64,000 nt of DNA from a virus (IMGVR_UViG_3300020442_000006:123494-187493), one strand, 5' to 3'; counted from the stretch's first letter, positions 16,143-26,438 are shown. The notes: a model not told the origin generated them from the letters alone. A program made the numbers and translations.

Positions 16143-16976
16143 TTATACCTCGTATCGGACCACAATGGCATTTTGACGGACACCTGTAATTTTGTCCTTA
16201 CCCCTGCCCTTCAATGCCATCCTGACACCTGCCTGTTTCATCACACCTCTGACTACTTTCTCATCAATTTCTTTCACACCATCCTCAGTGAGGATATGAG
16301 ACGCTGCTCTGTCATCATTGTTGAATAACATAGCACCTGTCATACACTCGTGTGTAAGATTATACTTGAAGCAATCATATGCAGCAGCACCATCAGGTTT
16401 TGATTTCGAACCTAGCACTTCTTGCAACTGTTCATTCAATCCACCTGCCTTCTTTATATCTGAAAGGATTCTTTTTGCTGTTGGTTGATCAACAGTTCCC
16501 TTTGCGTTCTCACATTTATTACCAATCTGCTCAAGGATCAACTGTAAGTAACCAAGTGTCTGTGCGTTAGTAGATCCACCACCACAATCCTTAGCAGTCT
16601 TTGCTAATACTTTTTGGAATACTGCTACAGACTTATCAATGCCTGCAGATGTCAACTGATATGACTTGCCCCATTTCATAGAGCATTTGTATGTCACACC
16701 ACCTGACTTAAACATAATGTCTGTCTTTGGTTCTTCTCCACCACCAGACATCTTTTGGAATGACTTATAATATTTCTGCCTTGCTTCTATATTATTACCA
16801 GTAGGTGCCATAGACTCAACAATTCTATCTGCAGCAGACTTTATATCATTTGGGATAGCACCAATACGTCCTGATGCATCCTCAAAATCTTTCTGGTTTT
16901 GCGAACTCTTATTAATAATACGACTCGTTGCCGAGTACATCACAGCGTGTTCAAATTGCAATCCTTTGTTTGCCAT
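16143..16976 (-). CDS. Hypothetical protein, possible PD-(D/E)xK nuclease fold
   Basis: N-terminal FE; EPKTDIMF..YKCSMKW resembles a PD..(D/E/S)xK catalytic layout; late promoter at 16995-17000. Confidence 0.45.
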   Translation of the reverse strand: MANKGLQFEHAVMYSATSRIINKSSQNQKDFEDASGRIGAIPNDIKSAADRIVESMAPTGNNIEARQKYYKSFQKMSGGGEEPKTDIMFKSGGVTYKCSMKWGKSYQLTSAGIDKSVAVFQKVLAKTAKDCGGGSTNAQTLGYLQLILEQIGNKCENAKGTVDQPTAKRILSDIKKAGGLNEQLQEVLGSKSKPDGAAAYDCFKYNLTHECMTGAMLFNNDDRAASHILTEDGVKEIDEKVVRGVMKQAGVRMALKGRGKDKITGVRQNAIVVRYEV

Positions 16977-16997
16977 TGCACTAAACTTTTTAAGTAT

Positions 16998-17528
16998 TTA
17001 TGAAACCCAATCTGGTTTACGTTCTGGCAAACGGAGATAGTTATCTTTGACCCAAGGTTTTGAAGCGATATACCTTTTATATGCTGTGAATGTATCTATT
17101 GACTGGTCGTGTTTGAATTCATCGTACATTGCTCTGGCAAAGGGTGTAGGATGCTTCCCGCTCCTGCCAGTAGGATCGCCAGTAGGAAATATTTTACGTG
17201 CGTGTTCAAGAGTGAATTGACACGAGTGAACTTTGCCATAGCGAAGAGTGTATTCATTGCAGAGTGCAAGACCGTGAGTGATTAACCATCGCCAGTTGAG
17301 CACAAAACTGTTTGCCCATACTGTACAGGGATGATTACGAAAGGCACCCTTGTCTGTCTTGTAAGGAGTACCGTCAAGTTTTGGTAGGTCACCGAAACCG
17401 TGACCCCACTTTTCTGATGCGACAATAGAAAGCATCTGACAGGTTTCAAGTGGCATTTTGACAATGTGCTTGTCAGGTAGACTTCTGGCAGATGCTATTG
17501 GATCAGGATCAGTAACGAAGATATTCAT
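16998..17528 (-). CDS. Pyrimidine-dimer DNA glycosylase (DenV-like) family protein
   Basis: MNIFVTD..SA..LPDKHIVKMPLETCQML, HPCTVW, L..EY..RYGKVH; ATG at 17528. Confidence 0.8.
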   Translation of the reverse strand: MNIFVTDPDPIASARSLPDKHIVKMPLETCQMLSIVASEKWGHGFGDLPKLDGTPYKTDKGAFRNHPCTVWANSFVLNWRWLITHGLALCNEYTLRYGKVHSCQFTLEHARKIFPTGDPTGRSGKHPTPFARAMYDEFKHDQSIDTFTAYKRYIASKPWVKDNYLRLPERKPDWVS

Positions 17529-17552
17529 AAACCTGATTATGTAATGGTGTGT

Positions 17553-17740
17553 GGGAGGTAGGAATACATTATACCTACAAGTTATGGGAATCGCTAGTGC
17601 GAAAATTAGTACATAACAACAACAGTCATCCTGGTAAGGACTTCTCCGAAGAGCGGGCACCACCCCTGACCGTTTACATTACCCCGCCTAATTCCAACAG
17701 GGTTATTCAGTCACTCCCGTGTCGGTTGATCGGTCCGACT
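17553..17740 (-). ncRNA. Structured ncRNA or leader, manA-RNA-like
   Basis: Closing GGGAG/CUCCC stem, AACGGUCA/UGACUGUU, CUC(UUCG)GAG, UCGC(ACUA)GCGA and GUAGG/CCUAC helices. The GUGACUGAAUAA and GGUGGUGC blocks resemble the manA motif as I recall it. Confidence 0.6.
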
Positions 17741-17745
17741 CCTAT

Positions 17746-17774
17746 AATATAACCGACTTACTTTCTTTTGTCAA
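17746..17774 (-). promoter_or_regulatory. Sigma70-type promoter
   Basis: TTGACA-17 nt-TATATT, immediately upstream of the structured RNA. Confidence 0.8.
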
Positions 17775-17931
17775 CCCCGAATCTCTTATCCATTTTTAGT
17801 TTGAGATAATACATCCCAAGAATCCATAGAGAGAAAAGAAATCCCTCTCCATATGACATAGAGTTCCAAGCACTGACTGCTCCACCGAGCATAGCAAGTG
17901 TTGTCTTTGCTGCAAGCATTTCTGCACCCAT
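17758..17931 (-). CDS. Small membrane protein, 57 aa
   Basis: Translated by hand: MGAEMLAAKTTLAMLGGAVSAWNSMSYGEGFLFSLWILGMYYLKLKMDKRFGVDKRK; TAATG coupling to mazG. Confidence 0.65.
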   Translation of the reverse strand: MGAEMLAAKTTLAMLGGAVSAWNSMSYGEGFLFSLWILGMYYLKLKMDKRFGVDKRK

Positions 17932-18497
17932 TATCTGTCCCCCTTCTTACGGTTTTCAGACCTGACGACAGTGAACTGACCCTCAGGATAACGTGTGGTC
18001 AGTTTAACTGTGTTACGGAAGACAACTTCATCGATACCTACACCAAGTGCCATACACGCTTGGGCGACATACCACATAACATCACCAAGTTCAATGATGA
18101 GATGCTCTTTGTTGTCATCATTCCAGGGTTTGCCTTGGAACTTAAGTTTCTTGACAATCTCCATAAACTCACCACCCTCAGCAACAAGACCAGAGGCAGC
18201 AGTGTCAAGACGTTCGATGTCACACCCTTCTCCCTTGAGAGTTTCATAGCGTTCCATCAGTGTGTCAAAATCTTTTGACTCTTTGCTAGTAGTTTGATTT
18301 ACAAACTTCAGATAGTTAGCAAGATCGACTGTGAATGGTTCTTTCTTCTTGGCATTCTTGTTACGCTTTTCGTAAACTTCTTTGCCTTTGAATCCCTGCG
18401 GTCCCTTAAATTCTTTAGGGATGCGATCAGCAGGGTTGTCCATAGATTCGGGTTCTGTGTTCACAGATTCCCGAAACTCTGCTTTGTCCTCAGTCAT
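17931..18497 (-). CDS. mazG: MazG-like nucleotide pyrophosphohydrolase
   Basis: GLVAEGGEFMEIVKK, ELGDVMWY, KL..RYP. Confidence 0.92.
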   Translation of the reverse strand: MTEDKAEFRESVNTEPESMDNPADRIPKEFKGPQGFKGKEVYEKRNKNAKKKEPFTVDLANYLKFVNQTTSKESKDFDTLMERYETLKGEGCDIERLDTAASGLVAEGGEFMEIVKKLKFQGKPWNDDNKEHLIIELGDVMWYVAQACMALGVGIDEVVFRNTVKLTTRYPEGQFTVVRSENRKKGDR

Positions 18498-18499
18498 AA

Positions 18500-19876
18500 T
18501 TAAATTTTGAAATCGTTAAAGTTTTGTTTAGAGAAGGTTAGGATGTCAGATGCATCAATCGTTTCCTCTTGTCCAGAGTCCACGATCTTCTTTTGTTCTT
18601 CACAATCATACAGACGCATCTTCGCTCTGTCAATACCCACAACAAATCGTTTGTTTACTGTGGGATCATTGTATCTATTCTTGAGTTGCTTCACCATAAT
18701 TTGATTCAACTCTTCCATCTCCTCAGTAGAGATCAGAGCAACCATAAAGTCTGCAGTAGCAGGAAGTCCAAATGACTCCGAAGTATCTGTCAGGTCAACA
18801 TCACTGTTGCCATAACCACTACGAGTAGTTTGAGTAGCGGATACGATAGGAACATTATGTTCACCTGCAAGTCCACGTAATTCTTCAGCAATGGATTTAA
18901 CAAATGTGTATGAGTTAACTATAGCACCTTTGTATCGTGATGAACTACAAATGTTAAGGTAGTCAACATAAATGATGTCTGGTACAAATGCTTTCTTGAT
19001 AGAAAGTTCTTGCAACAATGCCTTGAAGTGTCCTACGTGTGCTGATGCAGTAGGATATTCCTTAATCAAGAGACGACCCTGTGTTTTGTTTTGAACCTTT
19101 TCGATCTTAGAATCGAACATTGGTTTAGGTAGTGTCTCTAGTTTCTGAACTGGAATGTTCATCAAGTTAGCATCAATACGCTCAGCAATCTTTTCTTCTG
19201 CCATTTCCAACGTGATGTATAGCACGTTATATCCTGCAGCAAGATTAGCAGCAGCACAGTGACACATAAACAAACTCTTACCAACACCTGTACCTGCAAG
19301 TGCTACGTTCAATGTCTTCTTAGATAGACCACCCTTGGTAACTTTGTTGAGTAATTCAATATCAAACGGAACCTTTTCTTCTACCCTGTGATAGAACTGG
19401 TAACGTTGATCAGCATCATCAAGATAGTCGTGACCAACAGAATTATCGAAACTAACAGATAAAGCATTGGAGAGAATAGAAGGGATAGCATCACGTCCCA
19501 TTGTCTCAGACTTACCATCAGCAATCTGGATAGACTCTAGGAGTGCATTGTAGATAGCACGATCACGACACCACTTTTCTGAGGTGTGTACCAACCAGTC
19601 GATTTCGTGTGGTTCTTCAGTGGCAAAATCAAGTGTTTGTTTTACGTCAGTGAATGTAGTTTCATTTAGATCATCACGTGACTCAATCTCAATACGCAAT
19701 GCTTCCTTTGTAGGGAGACTATCGTACTGAGTAAAATAAGAAGACAGTTCCTCAAAGATTACCTTGTTATTGTAGTTCTCAAAGTAATCTGTTTTGATGT
19801 GAGGAAGAGTCTTCCTAGTGAAGTCTGTATTGTGCAACAGAGATGCAACAACCAGATCCTCTACAGAATTAGACAT
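18500..19876 (-). CDS. g41: Replicative helicase (T4 gp41)
   Basis: AGTGVGKS, ITLEMAEE, VDYLNI, ATQTTRSG, SESFGLPATAD, QLKNRY; start MSNSVE at 19876. Confidence 0.97.
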   Translation of the reverse strand: MSNSVEDLVVASLLHNTDFTRKTLPHIKTDYFENYNNKVIFEELSSYFTQYDSLPTKEALRIEIESRDDLNETTFTDVKQTLDFATEEPHEIDWLVHTSEKWCRDRAIYNALLESIQIADGKSETMGRDAIPSILSNALSVSFDNSVGHDYLDDADQRYQFYHRVEEKVPFDIELLNKVTKGGLSKKTLNVALAGTGVGKSLFMCHCAAANLAAGYNVLYITLEMAEEKIAERIDANLMNIPVQKLETLPKPMFDSKIEKVQNKTQGRLLIKEYPTASAHVGHFKALLQELSIKKAFVPDIIYVDYLNICSSSRYKGAIVNSYTFVKSIAEELRGLAGEHNVPIVSATQTTRSGYGNSDVDLTDTSESFGLPATADFMVALISTEEMEELNQIMVKQLKNRYNDPTVNKRFVVGIDRAKMRLYDCEEQKKIVDSGQEETIDASDILTFSKQNFNDFKI

Positions 19877-20426
19877 AATGAATGTAAGTTCCCGCGATGT
19901 ATTTTGCGTTAGAGATTGCAGGTAGTCCTGCGTGAGGGTATGTCCACGTGGGAGGGAACACCAATAGTCTACCACACTTAGGAGTAACTTTCATATGTTT
20001 GAATTCAGTTTCTCCACCCTCTTCGACATCATTTAGATACCAGAACAGTACAAGCATTCTCTTAGCAGACTCGTGGTCACCCACATCAACGTGCCATTTG
20101 AATTCATCGTCTGTATCTGGTTTGTATCTCTTGATTCTAAACTGTTCAAGTGATGTCTTCATTGGAAAGTATTGTCTGCAGTCACAGTCATCCATATATT
20201 TTTGGATGTAATCGTGTGCAGACCTGATGAGTTCTGACTGGATAATATCCCAGTCTTTGTTCTCAGTTTTTTCTATCTTCTCAGTGATGTTGAACTGTGC
20301 AAACGTAGGACGACCGTCTCTATCCCAGACATCGAGTTCTTCTTCCTCGAATAATCTGATTGCATTAGTACAAACTTCCTTGGGCAGGGCATCATCATAG
20401 ACCCTGATGAAATGATTAGGATCCAT
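19869..20426 (-). CDS. 2OG-Fe(II) oxygenase (prolyl-hydroxylase-like)
   Basis: [27 protein letters not shown]. Confidence 0.9.
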   Translation of the reverse strand: MDPNHFIRVYDDALPKEVCTNAIRLFEEEELDVWDRDGRPTFAQFNITEKIEKTENKDWDIIQSELIRSAHDYIQKYMDDCDCRQYFPMKTSLEQFRIKRYKPDTDDEFKWHVDVGDHESAKRMLVLFWYLNDVEEGGETEFKHMKVTPKCGRLLVFPPTWTYPHAGLPAISNAKYIAGTYIHYV

Positions 20427-21438
20427 ATGCGAATTCCTGTTTCGCTGCCTCCTCAAGTTTTGCCATTATTTCCTCTGTGAAATATTTCTCAGGAGAGGCA
20501 AGAACCACAGAAGGAAAAGCGGAAGATTCACCAATAGTAACCCTATTCCCCCTCCTCTCGAAGACTCCATATTTCTCACCCAGTTCCAATAGTCCATAAT
20601 ACTTGTCCAATCCCCTTGCGTCATAGAATAACCTCGTCTCTACTTTTGAATTTTCTTTTGTAAAGCGTGACTTTGCAGTCGTACACTTGATAATATTACC
20701 AACAATCTCCTTTTTGGAGTCACGTTCCTTAGACTTGCTTAGGAAAATAATTGTGCTTGCGGCATACTTAAGACCCGATCCTCCACCCATCTCTTTGGTT
20801 GGAACGTATGCACCTACTACATCATATGTATGGTTGGTGACGATCAGAGGTACATTGCAGCGACCAAGTTCTAGAGTCAGTACACGGAAGATTGCCTTTA
20901 CAACCTGTGCACGTGTCATATCTCTAGTCTCTTTACCTTCTTCGCTGTCAGATACTTCTTTACTGGTAGAAAGCATACCAAGTGAGTCAAGACAGAACAT
21001 CATAGGTTTACGTTCTGACTCATCCATCTTGGAATAGTTCTTCAGAGTCTTGAGTGCTTGTGTTCTGAACTCCTGCACAGTTGTGACAGGTACAACAGCA
21101 ACACGATTAGCATCGATACCTCTGCTCTCTAGCATATCTTTGGAGACAGCAGATTCAGATTCAAAGTATAGTACAATACCATCAGGATTAGAATCCAAGA
21201 AACTCCGAACGACACTAAGAGTAAAAAAAGTTTTCCCAGTGCTGCTCTCTCCTGCAATAGCGGTGATCTTGTTTGAAGGCAGACCTCCATAAATCGAACC
21301 ACTAACAAGGGCATTGAAAATATAAGACCCAGTGTCAACAAAAGAAGACACGTCGCCTGCAGCGACCCCATCGCTAACGACTGAAGCATAGTCATTGCCG
21401 ATGTCTTTAATAATGTCTTTTAGAAAGGATGTAGTCAT
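20416..21438 (-). CDS. uvsX: RecA-like recombinase
   Basis: [33 protein letters not shown]. Confidence 0.97.
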   Translation of the reverse strand: MTTSFLKDIIKDIGNDYASVVSDGVAAGDVSSFVDTGSYIFNALVSGSIYGGLPSNKITAIAGESSTGKTFFTLSVVRSFLDSNPDGIVLYFESESAVSKDMLESRGIDANRVAVVPVTTVQEFRTQALKTLKNYSKMDESERKPMMFCLDSLGMLSTSKEVSDSEEGKETRDMTRAQVVKAIFRVLTLELGRCNVPLIVTNHTYDVVGAYVPTKEMGGGSGLKYAASTIIFLSKSKERDSKKEIVGNIIKCTTAKSRFTKENSKVETRLFYDARGLDKYYGLLELGEKYGVFERRGNRVTIGESSAFPSVVLASPEKYFTEEIMAKLEEAAKQEFAYGS

Positions 21439-23915
21439 AGGAAAAATTCGTCTAGGTTAGCAATCTTCTCTGCTTTCCAGTTGATAGTATCCATAATAAC
21501 CTGTAATGGGTCAAGGAAACTCTTCTGGAATTGTAGGTCATAATCTATGGACTTGTCAAGACCAAATTCTTTCGGCAGAGTCTGAAAGAAACTTACAACG
21601 TTCTCTTGGATTTTGTTTGGGGTCTTCAAGTAGAGGAACTTGACCTTCTCACCCTCTTGGATCAGAGGAAACTTGTGAGATAGTTTGTTCTTCTTGATAT
21701 AGAAATTGTATAGGAGTGCTCCTCTCACGTGGATAGGAGTTCCCTTTGAGTATATTGTAGCAGGATTTGAGAACTTTGACAGACCATTACATCCACGTGG
21801 GAATGCAATCTCTTCTGCTGATAGTTTCTCGAACTTGTCTCTGAAGTTTGAAATGAATTCTTGGGTATCCTCTTCGGTACCATTCATAATCACCTTCATA
21901 GCATCCTTAATTGCTGTCCTGCAGGCAGCAGGTGTGGATGATTTAACTGCCTCAATACCCATCATCTTAAGTTTAGGGTCAGCAAACCTGACTCCTTCGA
22001 TGTCATAAGCATTGAGAATGTATCTTTTCTTGGCAGTCCATATACCTTTGTTGGCAATGGTCTCCCTCTTCATTTTCATTTTTTGGTCATACGCCGATAC
22101 ATACGTCGCGAGGTCCGCGTAAGACTTATCAATGTAGGGTTCAATCTTTTCTTGGCAGATCTTGTCAAGTATCCCCACAACTGCTGCTTTATCGCCAGAC
22201 TTACTATTAAAAAATTTATCAACAAGAGGTCCAAGGTTAAGATAGATTGAGTCAGTGTCAGATGCAATGACATAATCCTCCTTTTCCGTGTTGAGTAAGT
22301 TATTTAGGTAGTCGTTCATACGGTTTTCAATCCAACGGATAGAAACCTGACCAGAAAGAGTGATTGCTTCAGCGTTCGCTAGGTTATAATACCTAAAGTA
22401 TTGGTTACCGATAGCACCATATGCAGAGTTCAACTGGATCTTTCGCGCCATCTGTATATTATTGAAGGCAGAAATATCATCTTGTAACTTTTTGTTACCA
22501 GTCTTCTCATATTCTTTCTTCGCCTTGATCATCTTCTTCTTATAGATCACACGTTCATCGTAGATCTTTTGCATCATTTCGGGGAGAAACCCTTGTATGT
22601 CTTTCCTATACTGTGCTCCGTTGGCGCACACACAGTAATCTCCACTCCCGATTGATACTTTTTGATTGAGCAATCCATCAACACTGGCGGTGGGGTGACG
22701 CTTGTCGAGGAGGGTTTCAGGCGAAATATTATACTGCATAATGAGATGAGGGTACAGAGAGTTAAGGTCAAACGAAACCACCCAATCGTATAGTCCTGGT
22801 TTTGGTTCTTTGACGTATGCTCCTGCGTACTTGTCGTTCTTGTTGCTCTCTTGTCTCGGAGGGACACAGATTTTACGCTCCTTCAGATAGTTGTAGATGA
22901 GTGTATCCCACATACGAACCTGTGAGTAAACATCCTCGAAGTTTACTTTGGCATCGTATGCCATAACCACAGCGAGTTCTAGTAGTTTCATCTTGTGCTC
23001 AAGACGATCTACTAGTTCAACGTCGTGGATGTTGTATTCAACAAACTTCTGCCAGTCCTCAGTATAGAACGCTTTGAAGTTTTCAAACTCGCTATGATCT
23101 AACTTACGTTCATCTAGTTCGACAAACGCAATGTGGTCAAGGCGATATGATTCCTGATTGGTATATGTAAACTTGCGGTATAGATCAAGGTAATCCAGAA
23201 TACTGACACCAAGAATATTGTAAGAAAGATTCTTGCGTCCCTTGATGAATACCTCACGCATATTGACCTTGTTCCAAGGTGATAGTGATTTCTGCCACTT
23301 CTCACCTAGCACACGTTCAATACGACGACAGATATAGGGGATGTCGTACAGATTACAGTTCCAACCAGTGACCACATCTGGAGTGTTCTCTACCCACCAA
23401 GTATGGAAGTTAGACAACATCTCCTGTTCAGTAAAGAAGACACGATACTCTGTGTCAATCTTTGCCTCACGTGTACCCCAAGTGATGTACTTGCCACTAC
23501 TAAGATCTTTAATAGTGATCAGCAGCATCTCTTCTTGACACGCTTCAGTGTCAGGGAAACCATTCTCACAGGCAACCTCGATGTCAATCGTATAGATCTT
23601 CATCTGCTCTAGGTTTGCCCTCATATCCTGAGGGTATTTCTCTGAGATCCACTGATATACAAATCTCTCGTAACCGTGCACCTCAAACCCTTCAACACCT
23701 TTGTACTTCTCGATGAACTCACGAGCACGTTTAGCACCGTCTTGTTTGACAGGTGCCATCTTCTCGCCATCAAGAGTCTTCCACTTACCTTTCGGTGATG
23801 GAACATACAGTGTAGGTTTGATGATCTCCTTATAGGAAATAGGGACACCATCCTCATATCCACGACAGAGGATAGCGTCACCTAGCAATGTTACGTTTGT
23901 ATAAACTGAACTCAA
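21435..23915 (-). CDS. g43: Family B DNA polymerase (T4 gp43)
   Basis: Exonuclease [31 protein letters not shown]; uninterrupted 826 aa. Confidence 0.99.
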   Translation of the reverse strand: MSSVYTNVTLLGDAILCRGYEDGVPISYKEIIKPTLYVPSPKGKWKTLDGEKMAPVKQDGAKRAREFIEKYKGVEGFEVHGYERFVYQWISEKYPQDMRANLEQMKIYTIDIEVACENGFPDTEACQEEMLLITIKDLSSGKYITWGTREAKIDTEYRVFFTEQEMLSNFHTWWVENTPDVVTGWNCNLYDIPYICRRIERVLGEKWQKSLSPWNKVNMREVFIKGRKNLSYNILGVSILDYLDLYRKFTYTNQESYRLDHIAFVELDERKLDHSEFENFKAFYTEDWQKFVEYNIHDVELVDRLEHKMKLLELAVVMAYDAKVNFEDVYSQVRMWDTLIYNYLKERKICVPPRQESNKNDKYAGAYVKEPKPGLYDWVVSFDLNSLYPHLIMQYNISPETLLDKRHPTASVDGLLNQKVSIGSGDYCVCANGAQYRKDIQGFLPEMMQKIYDERVIYKKKMIKAKKEYEKTGNKKLQDDISAFNNIQMARKIQLNSAYGAIGNQYFRYYNLANAEAITLSGQVSIRWIENRMNDYLNNLLNTEKEDYVIASDTDSIYLNLGPLVDKFFNSKSGDKAAVVGILDKICQEKIEPYIDKSYADLATYVSAYDQKMKMKRETIANKGIWTAKKRYILNAYDIEGVRFADPKLKMMGIEAVKSSTPAACRTAIKDAMKVIMNGTEEDTQEFISNFRDKFEKLSAEEIAFPRGCNGLSKFSNPATIYSKGTPIHVRGALLYNFYIKKNKLSHKFPLIQEGEKVKFLYLKTPNKIQENVVSFFQTLPKEFGLDKSIDYDLQFQKSFLDPLQVIMDTINWKAEKIANLDEFFL

Positions 23916-24148
23916 AGTGCCTTCTTGTAGTTGGTAATGGTCTCTTCAGACGGTTCAACTATAGTCAAAACTACGTCAGAAGTCAAGAAGATGTCACGTT
24001 GATTCGTGTAGAAGGGATACCTCTTGTATTCTCCTTCTTCGATTTTCATACAGTCAGAGATAAGGTAAGAGGGTTCCTCATCTAGTTCTGTGACTGCACC
24101 CATTAGGTGCGTATGATCCTTAAGAAGGATTATCTTTAGTGGTGTCAT
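23912..24148 (-). CDS. Small hypothetical protein (Sm-like fold possible)
   Basis: LKIILLKDHTHLMGAV...; packed operon. Confidence 0.65.
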   Translation of the reverse strand: MTPLKIILLKDHTHLMGAVTELDEEPSYLISDCMKIEEGEYKRYPFYTNQRDIFLTSDVVLTIVEPSEETITNYKKAL

Positions 24149-24470
24149 TACCTTTGATACAAGTTTTCCATTTTGATTCCACCTCAGGGTGTGGATTGTA
24201 GATTGTAGCGACGTTGCTCAATACTACTAGTGTAGCATTATTCGAAGACAATGGGATCCAAGGGAATAGTTCCAAGTTCAGATCGTTGATCTTTTGTGGT
24301 GTCTCCTGTGTCCCTTCGAATAGCATTTCTGCTGCAGCGTGCAGGTTTACCTGATAGGGATCCTTCATAAAATATCCAATAGGAGAGTAAGAATCCTTCT
24401 CGGGATACGCTTCTTGCACATCAGCGATTACGTCTTCTCCGTTGATCATTCTTACGATTTTTACGGTCAT
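24120..24470 (-). CDS. Hypothetical protein (Sm-like fold possible)
   Basis: VKIVRMINGEDVIADV..PWIPLS pattern. Confidence 0.7.
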   Translation of the reverse strand: MTVKIVRMINGEDVIADVQEAYPEKDSYSPIGYFMKDPYQVNLHAAAEMLFEGTQETPQKINDLNLELFPWIPLSSNNATLVVLSNVATIYNPHPEVESKWKTCIKGNDTTKDNPS

Positions 24471-24660
24471 AATTTTCTGTTAGGTTATTGTAAACACCAC
24501 GAACGATGTCTGCGAATGCTCTTCTTGCACTCACGTTATGTTCATCGGCAAGGGTCCTAGCGTATTGTAGCACCTCATCAACATTTTGGGAAGGAACATC
24601 TAGCGTGATCGATTCATAGTCAGTGCTCCCCCTTGGAGCACAGTTCACATAGTGATTCAT
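24421..24660 (-). CDS. Hypothetical protein
   Basis: MNHYVNCAPRGS...; starts right after the terminator hairpin. Confidence 0.55.
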   Translation of the reverse strand: MNHYVNCAPRGSTDYESITLDVPSQNVDEVLQYARTLADEHNVSARRAFADIVRGVYNNLTENYDRKNRKNDQRRRRNR

Positions 24661-24676
24661 TAAAAAAACTCCATAG

Positions 24677-24700
24677 AAAAAGAGACCCGAAGGTCTCTTC
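24677..24700 (-). terminator. Rho-independent terminator
   Basis: GAAGAGACC-TTCG-GGTCTCTTTTT. Confidence 0.8.
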
Positions 24701-24718
24701 TGTTGTACATTATGTAGG

Positions 24719-24889
24719 TTAGTAATCATCCTGTGTTTGTGACTCTACCCACTCAGCATTGTTTCGACAATATGAGTGAACATCTATCTCCATCTTATGA
24801 TGAGCACGAGTATGAATCACTTGTATCATACCGACTGTTCCCACTATCAACAGATTCAAAACTGTCAGTGGATGAGTGACATATTTCAC
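24719..24889 (-). CDS. Small protein with an N-terminal TM segment, 56 aa
   Basis: Translated by hand from a GTG start: MKYVTHPLTVLNLLIVGTVGMIQVIHTRAHHKMEIDVHSYCRNNAEWVESQTQDDY. CTGACA-17-TATAAT lies upstream. Confidence 0.6.
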   Translation of the reverse strand: MKYVTHPLTVLNLLIVGTVGMIQVIHTRAHHKMEIDVHSYCRNNAEWVESQTQDDY

Positions 24890-24901
24890 TGGAATTTGGT
24901 A

Positions 24902-25342
24902 TCAGTCTATATTATATACCTTTCTCTTGTGACTGTCAGGTACGATTTTGTTAAGTTCAATGGTCAAAAGACCATCTTGGTAATCAACACTGCCAATCTT
25001 TACGTCATCTGAGAGTGTGAATGTCCTAGCAAAGGTACGTTTCGCTACACCTTTGTGTAGGTATCCTCTGTGGTCATCGTTCTTCTCTTTGACTGTCCTG
25101 ATTGATAGGACGTTAGTTTCTGTTGCGACCTCGAACTCTTCCTTCTTGAATCCTGCTAGTGCTACTTCGATCTTCCATTTAGTTTCTGATTCTTTGATCA
25201 GATTGTATGGAGGATAGGATGTTTTCTCGTGATCCGCTAGTGCTCGTGCCTCTAGTCTGTGGAAGATGTTGTCGAGTCCGACTGAGTATGACCTAGATGC
25301 CTGTAGGATTTTATCTAGATCACTTGATGTGAAATGGTTCAT
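24902..25342 (-). CDS. hsp20: Small heat-shock protein (Hsp20/IbpA family)
   Basis: YPPYNL, IEVALAGF, YLHKGVAKRTF.RTF, DGLLTI; late promoter at 25398-25405. Confidence 0.96.
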   Translation of the reverse strand: MNHFTSSDLDKILQASRSYSVGLDNIFHRLEARALADHEKTSYPPYNLIKESETKWKIEVALAGFKKEEFEVATETNVLSIRTVKEKNDDHRGYLHKGVAKRTFARTFTLSDDVKIGSVDYQDGLLTIELNKIVPDSHKRKVYNID

Positions 25343-25397
25343 TTGTACTGCTCCTTAAAAGCGAGAGTTTATGTGTTGTCCCTTTCGGCGACATCAA

Positions 25398-25472
25398 TAT
25401 TTATAATGATAGCAATGGATTTGGGGTTCGGTTAAAACGGTATCATATGTACAGTTTATACGACGCTAAATA
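25398..25472. promoter_or_regulatory. Divergent pair of T4 late promoters
   Basis: TATAAATA on the minus strand (25398-25405, hsp20) and TAAATA on the plus strand (25467-25472). Confidence 0.75.
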
Positions 25473-25503
25473 GGCTTACATAGACCTCGTATTTTAGAGC
25501 AAA

Positions 25504-26007
25504 ATGAAAAGAGCAGCGATGCTTTTTGTTATGAGTTTGATGACGGCACCTGCATATGCCGATGTTACACATAAATTATCTTCTTCAGTACAACTTACTG
25601 TGGACGCGGCAGCAACAAATGTACAGCGTGTCGGTACAACCTACAGTGTAAGTGGTAACAACGTGACTACACAATACACACCTAGTGGTGGTTCTGCTAC
25701 GTCATCTATTGGTTCCCTTACTGTCAGTTCAGGCGTTGGAGCAATTCCATCATTGACAGCGACCCAAGCAACTGCAGGGGAAAGTTTCAGTTTTACTCAG
25801 TCATTCTATCAAGGTGACGCCATAAGCACTAGCGCACCCAGTTTAGGTGCTGTTGGTAACTACTCCAACCAGACTTCAACTGCTGCAGGTACAAAAGACA
25901 CATTAGCAGGTACCATCGATACCTCAGGAACGATGGCACTAACAGCAGGTGGTGCAGGTACCAGTGCTGTGGGTCAATTTGTCTCCGAGATTACTATCGG
26001 AAACTGA
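25504..26007 (+). CDS. Secreted Ser/Thr/Gly-rich protein
   Basis: Signal peptide MKRAAMLFVMSLMTAPAYA|D; beta-rich mature part. Confidence 0.8.
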   Translation: MKRAAMLFVMSLMTAPAYADVTHKLSSSVQLTVDAAATNVQRVGTTYSVSGNNVTTQYTPSGGSATSSIGSLTVSSGVGAIPSLTATQATAGESFSFTQSFYQGDAISTSAPSLGAVGNYSNQTSTAAGTKDTLAGTIDTSGTMALTAGGAGTSAVGQFVSEITIGN

Positions 26008-26438
26008 TGAAAAAACTTGTCATCCTGGCACTGTTCACATTCGCTGGAACTCCAGTGATAGCAGTGCCTGTGGTGCCAAATTTTACACAGGGCAGTATGA
26101 CTAGCCACACGGAAACGACTTCCAAGGTGACGGAGACCATAAATTCTATGGACTACGCTACAGGGTGGGTTTATTCGGTAAGTGGTACAAACGTAAAACA
26201 CGATGGTGCATCTATGACACCAGGTGTTCAAAGTGAAAATCAAACTATTGATGGTGTGACTTCAAAATGGACAGGATTAAACGTAAATCAAAAACCAAAC
26301 TGGACACAGAACAATGTGGGTCAGGCATTCCAGTTCACAGAAACCTATTCAGGACCTGGTTTGCAAAATCAAACAATTATTCAGAGAGTGACGGAGGTTA
26401 CAAGCGTAACCGACACTACAAGTATCTTCCAACAGTAG
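26007..26438 (+). CDS. Secreted Thr-rich protein
   Basis: Signal peptide MKKLVILALFTFAGTPVIA|V; TGATG coupling. Confidence 0.8.
   Translation: MKKLVILALFTFAGTPVIAVPVVPNFTQGSMTSHTETTSKVTETINSMDYATGWVYSVSGTNVKHDGASMTPGVQSENQTIDGVTSKWTGLNVNQKPNWTQNNVGQAFQFTETYSGPGLQNQTIIQRVTEVTSVTDTTSIFQQ

Noticed and set aside
17549-17752. 67-aa ORF over the structured RNA
   Set aside because: It has no recognisable motif or RBS, and the region is better explained by the promoter plus RNA helices.
19877-19975. N-terminal extension of gp41
   Set aside because: It overlaps the oxygenase gene; ATG 19876 gives a typical 458-aa helicase.
26267-26438. Canonical -1 programmed frameshift fusing secreted genes 2 and 3
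   Set aside because: There is no XXXYYYZ heptamer in the correct phase; kept only as an open start-site question.
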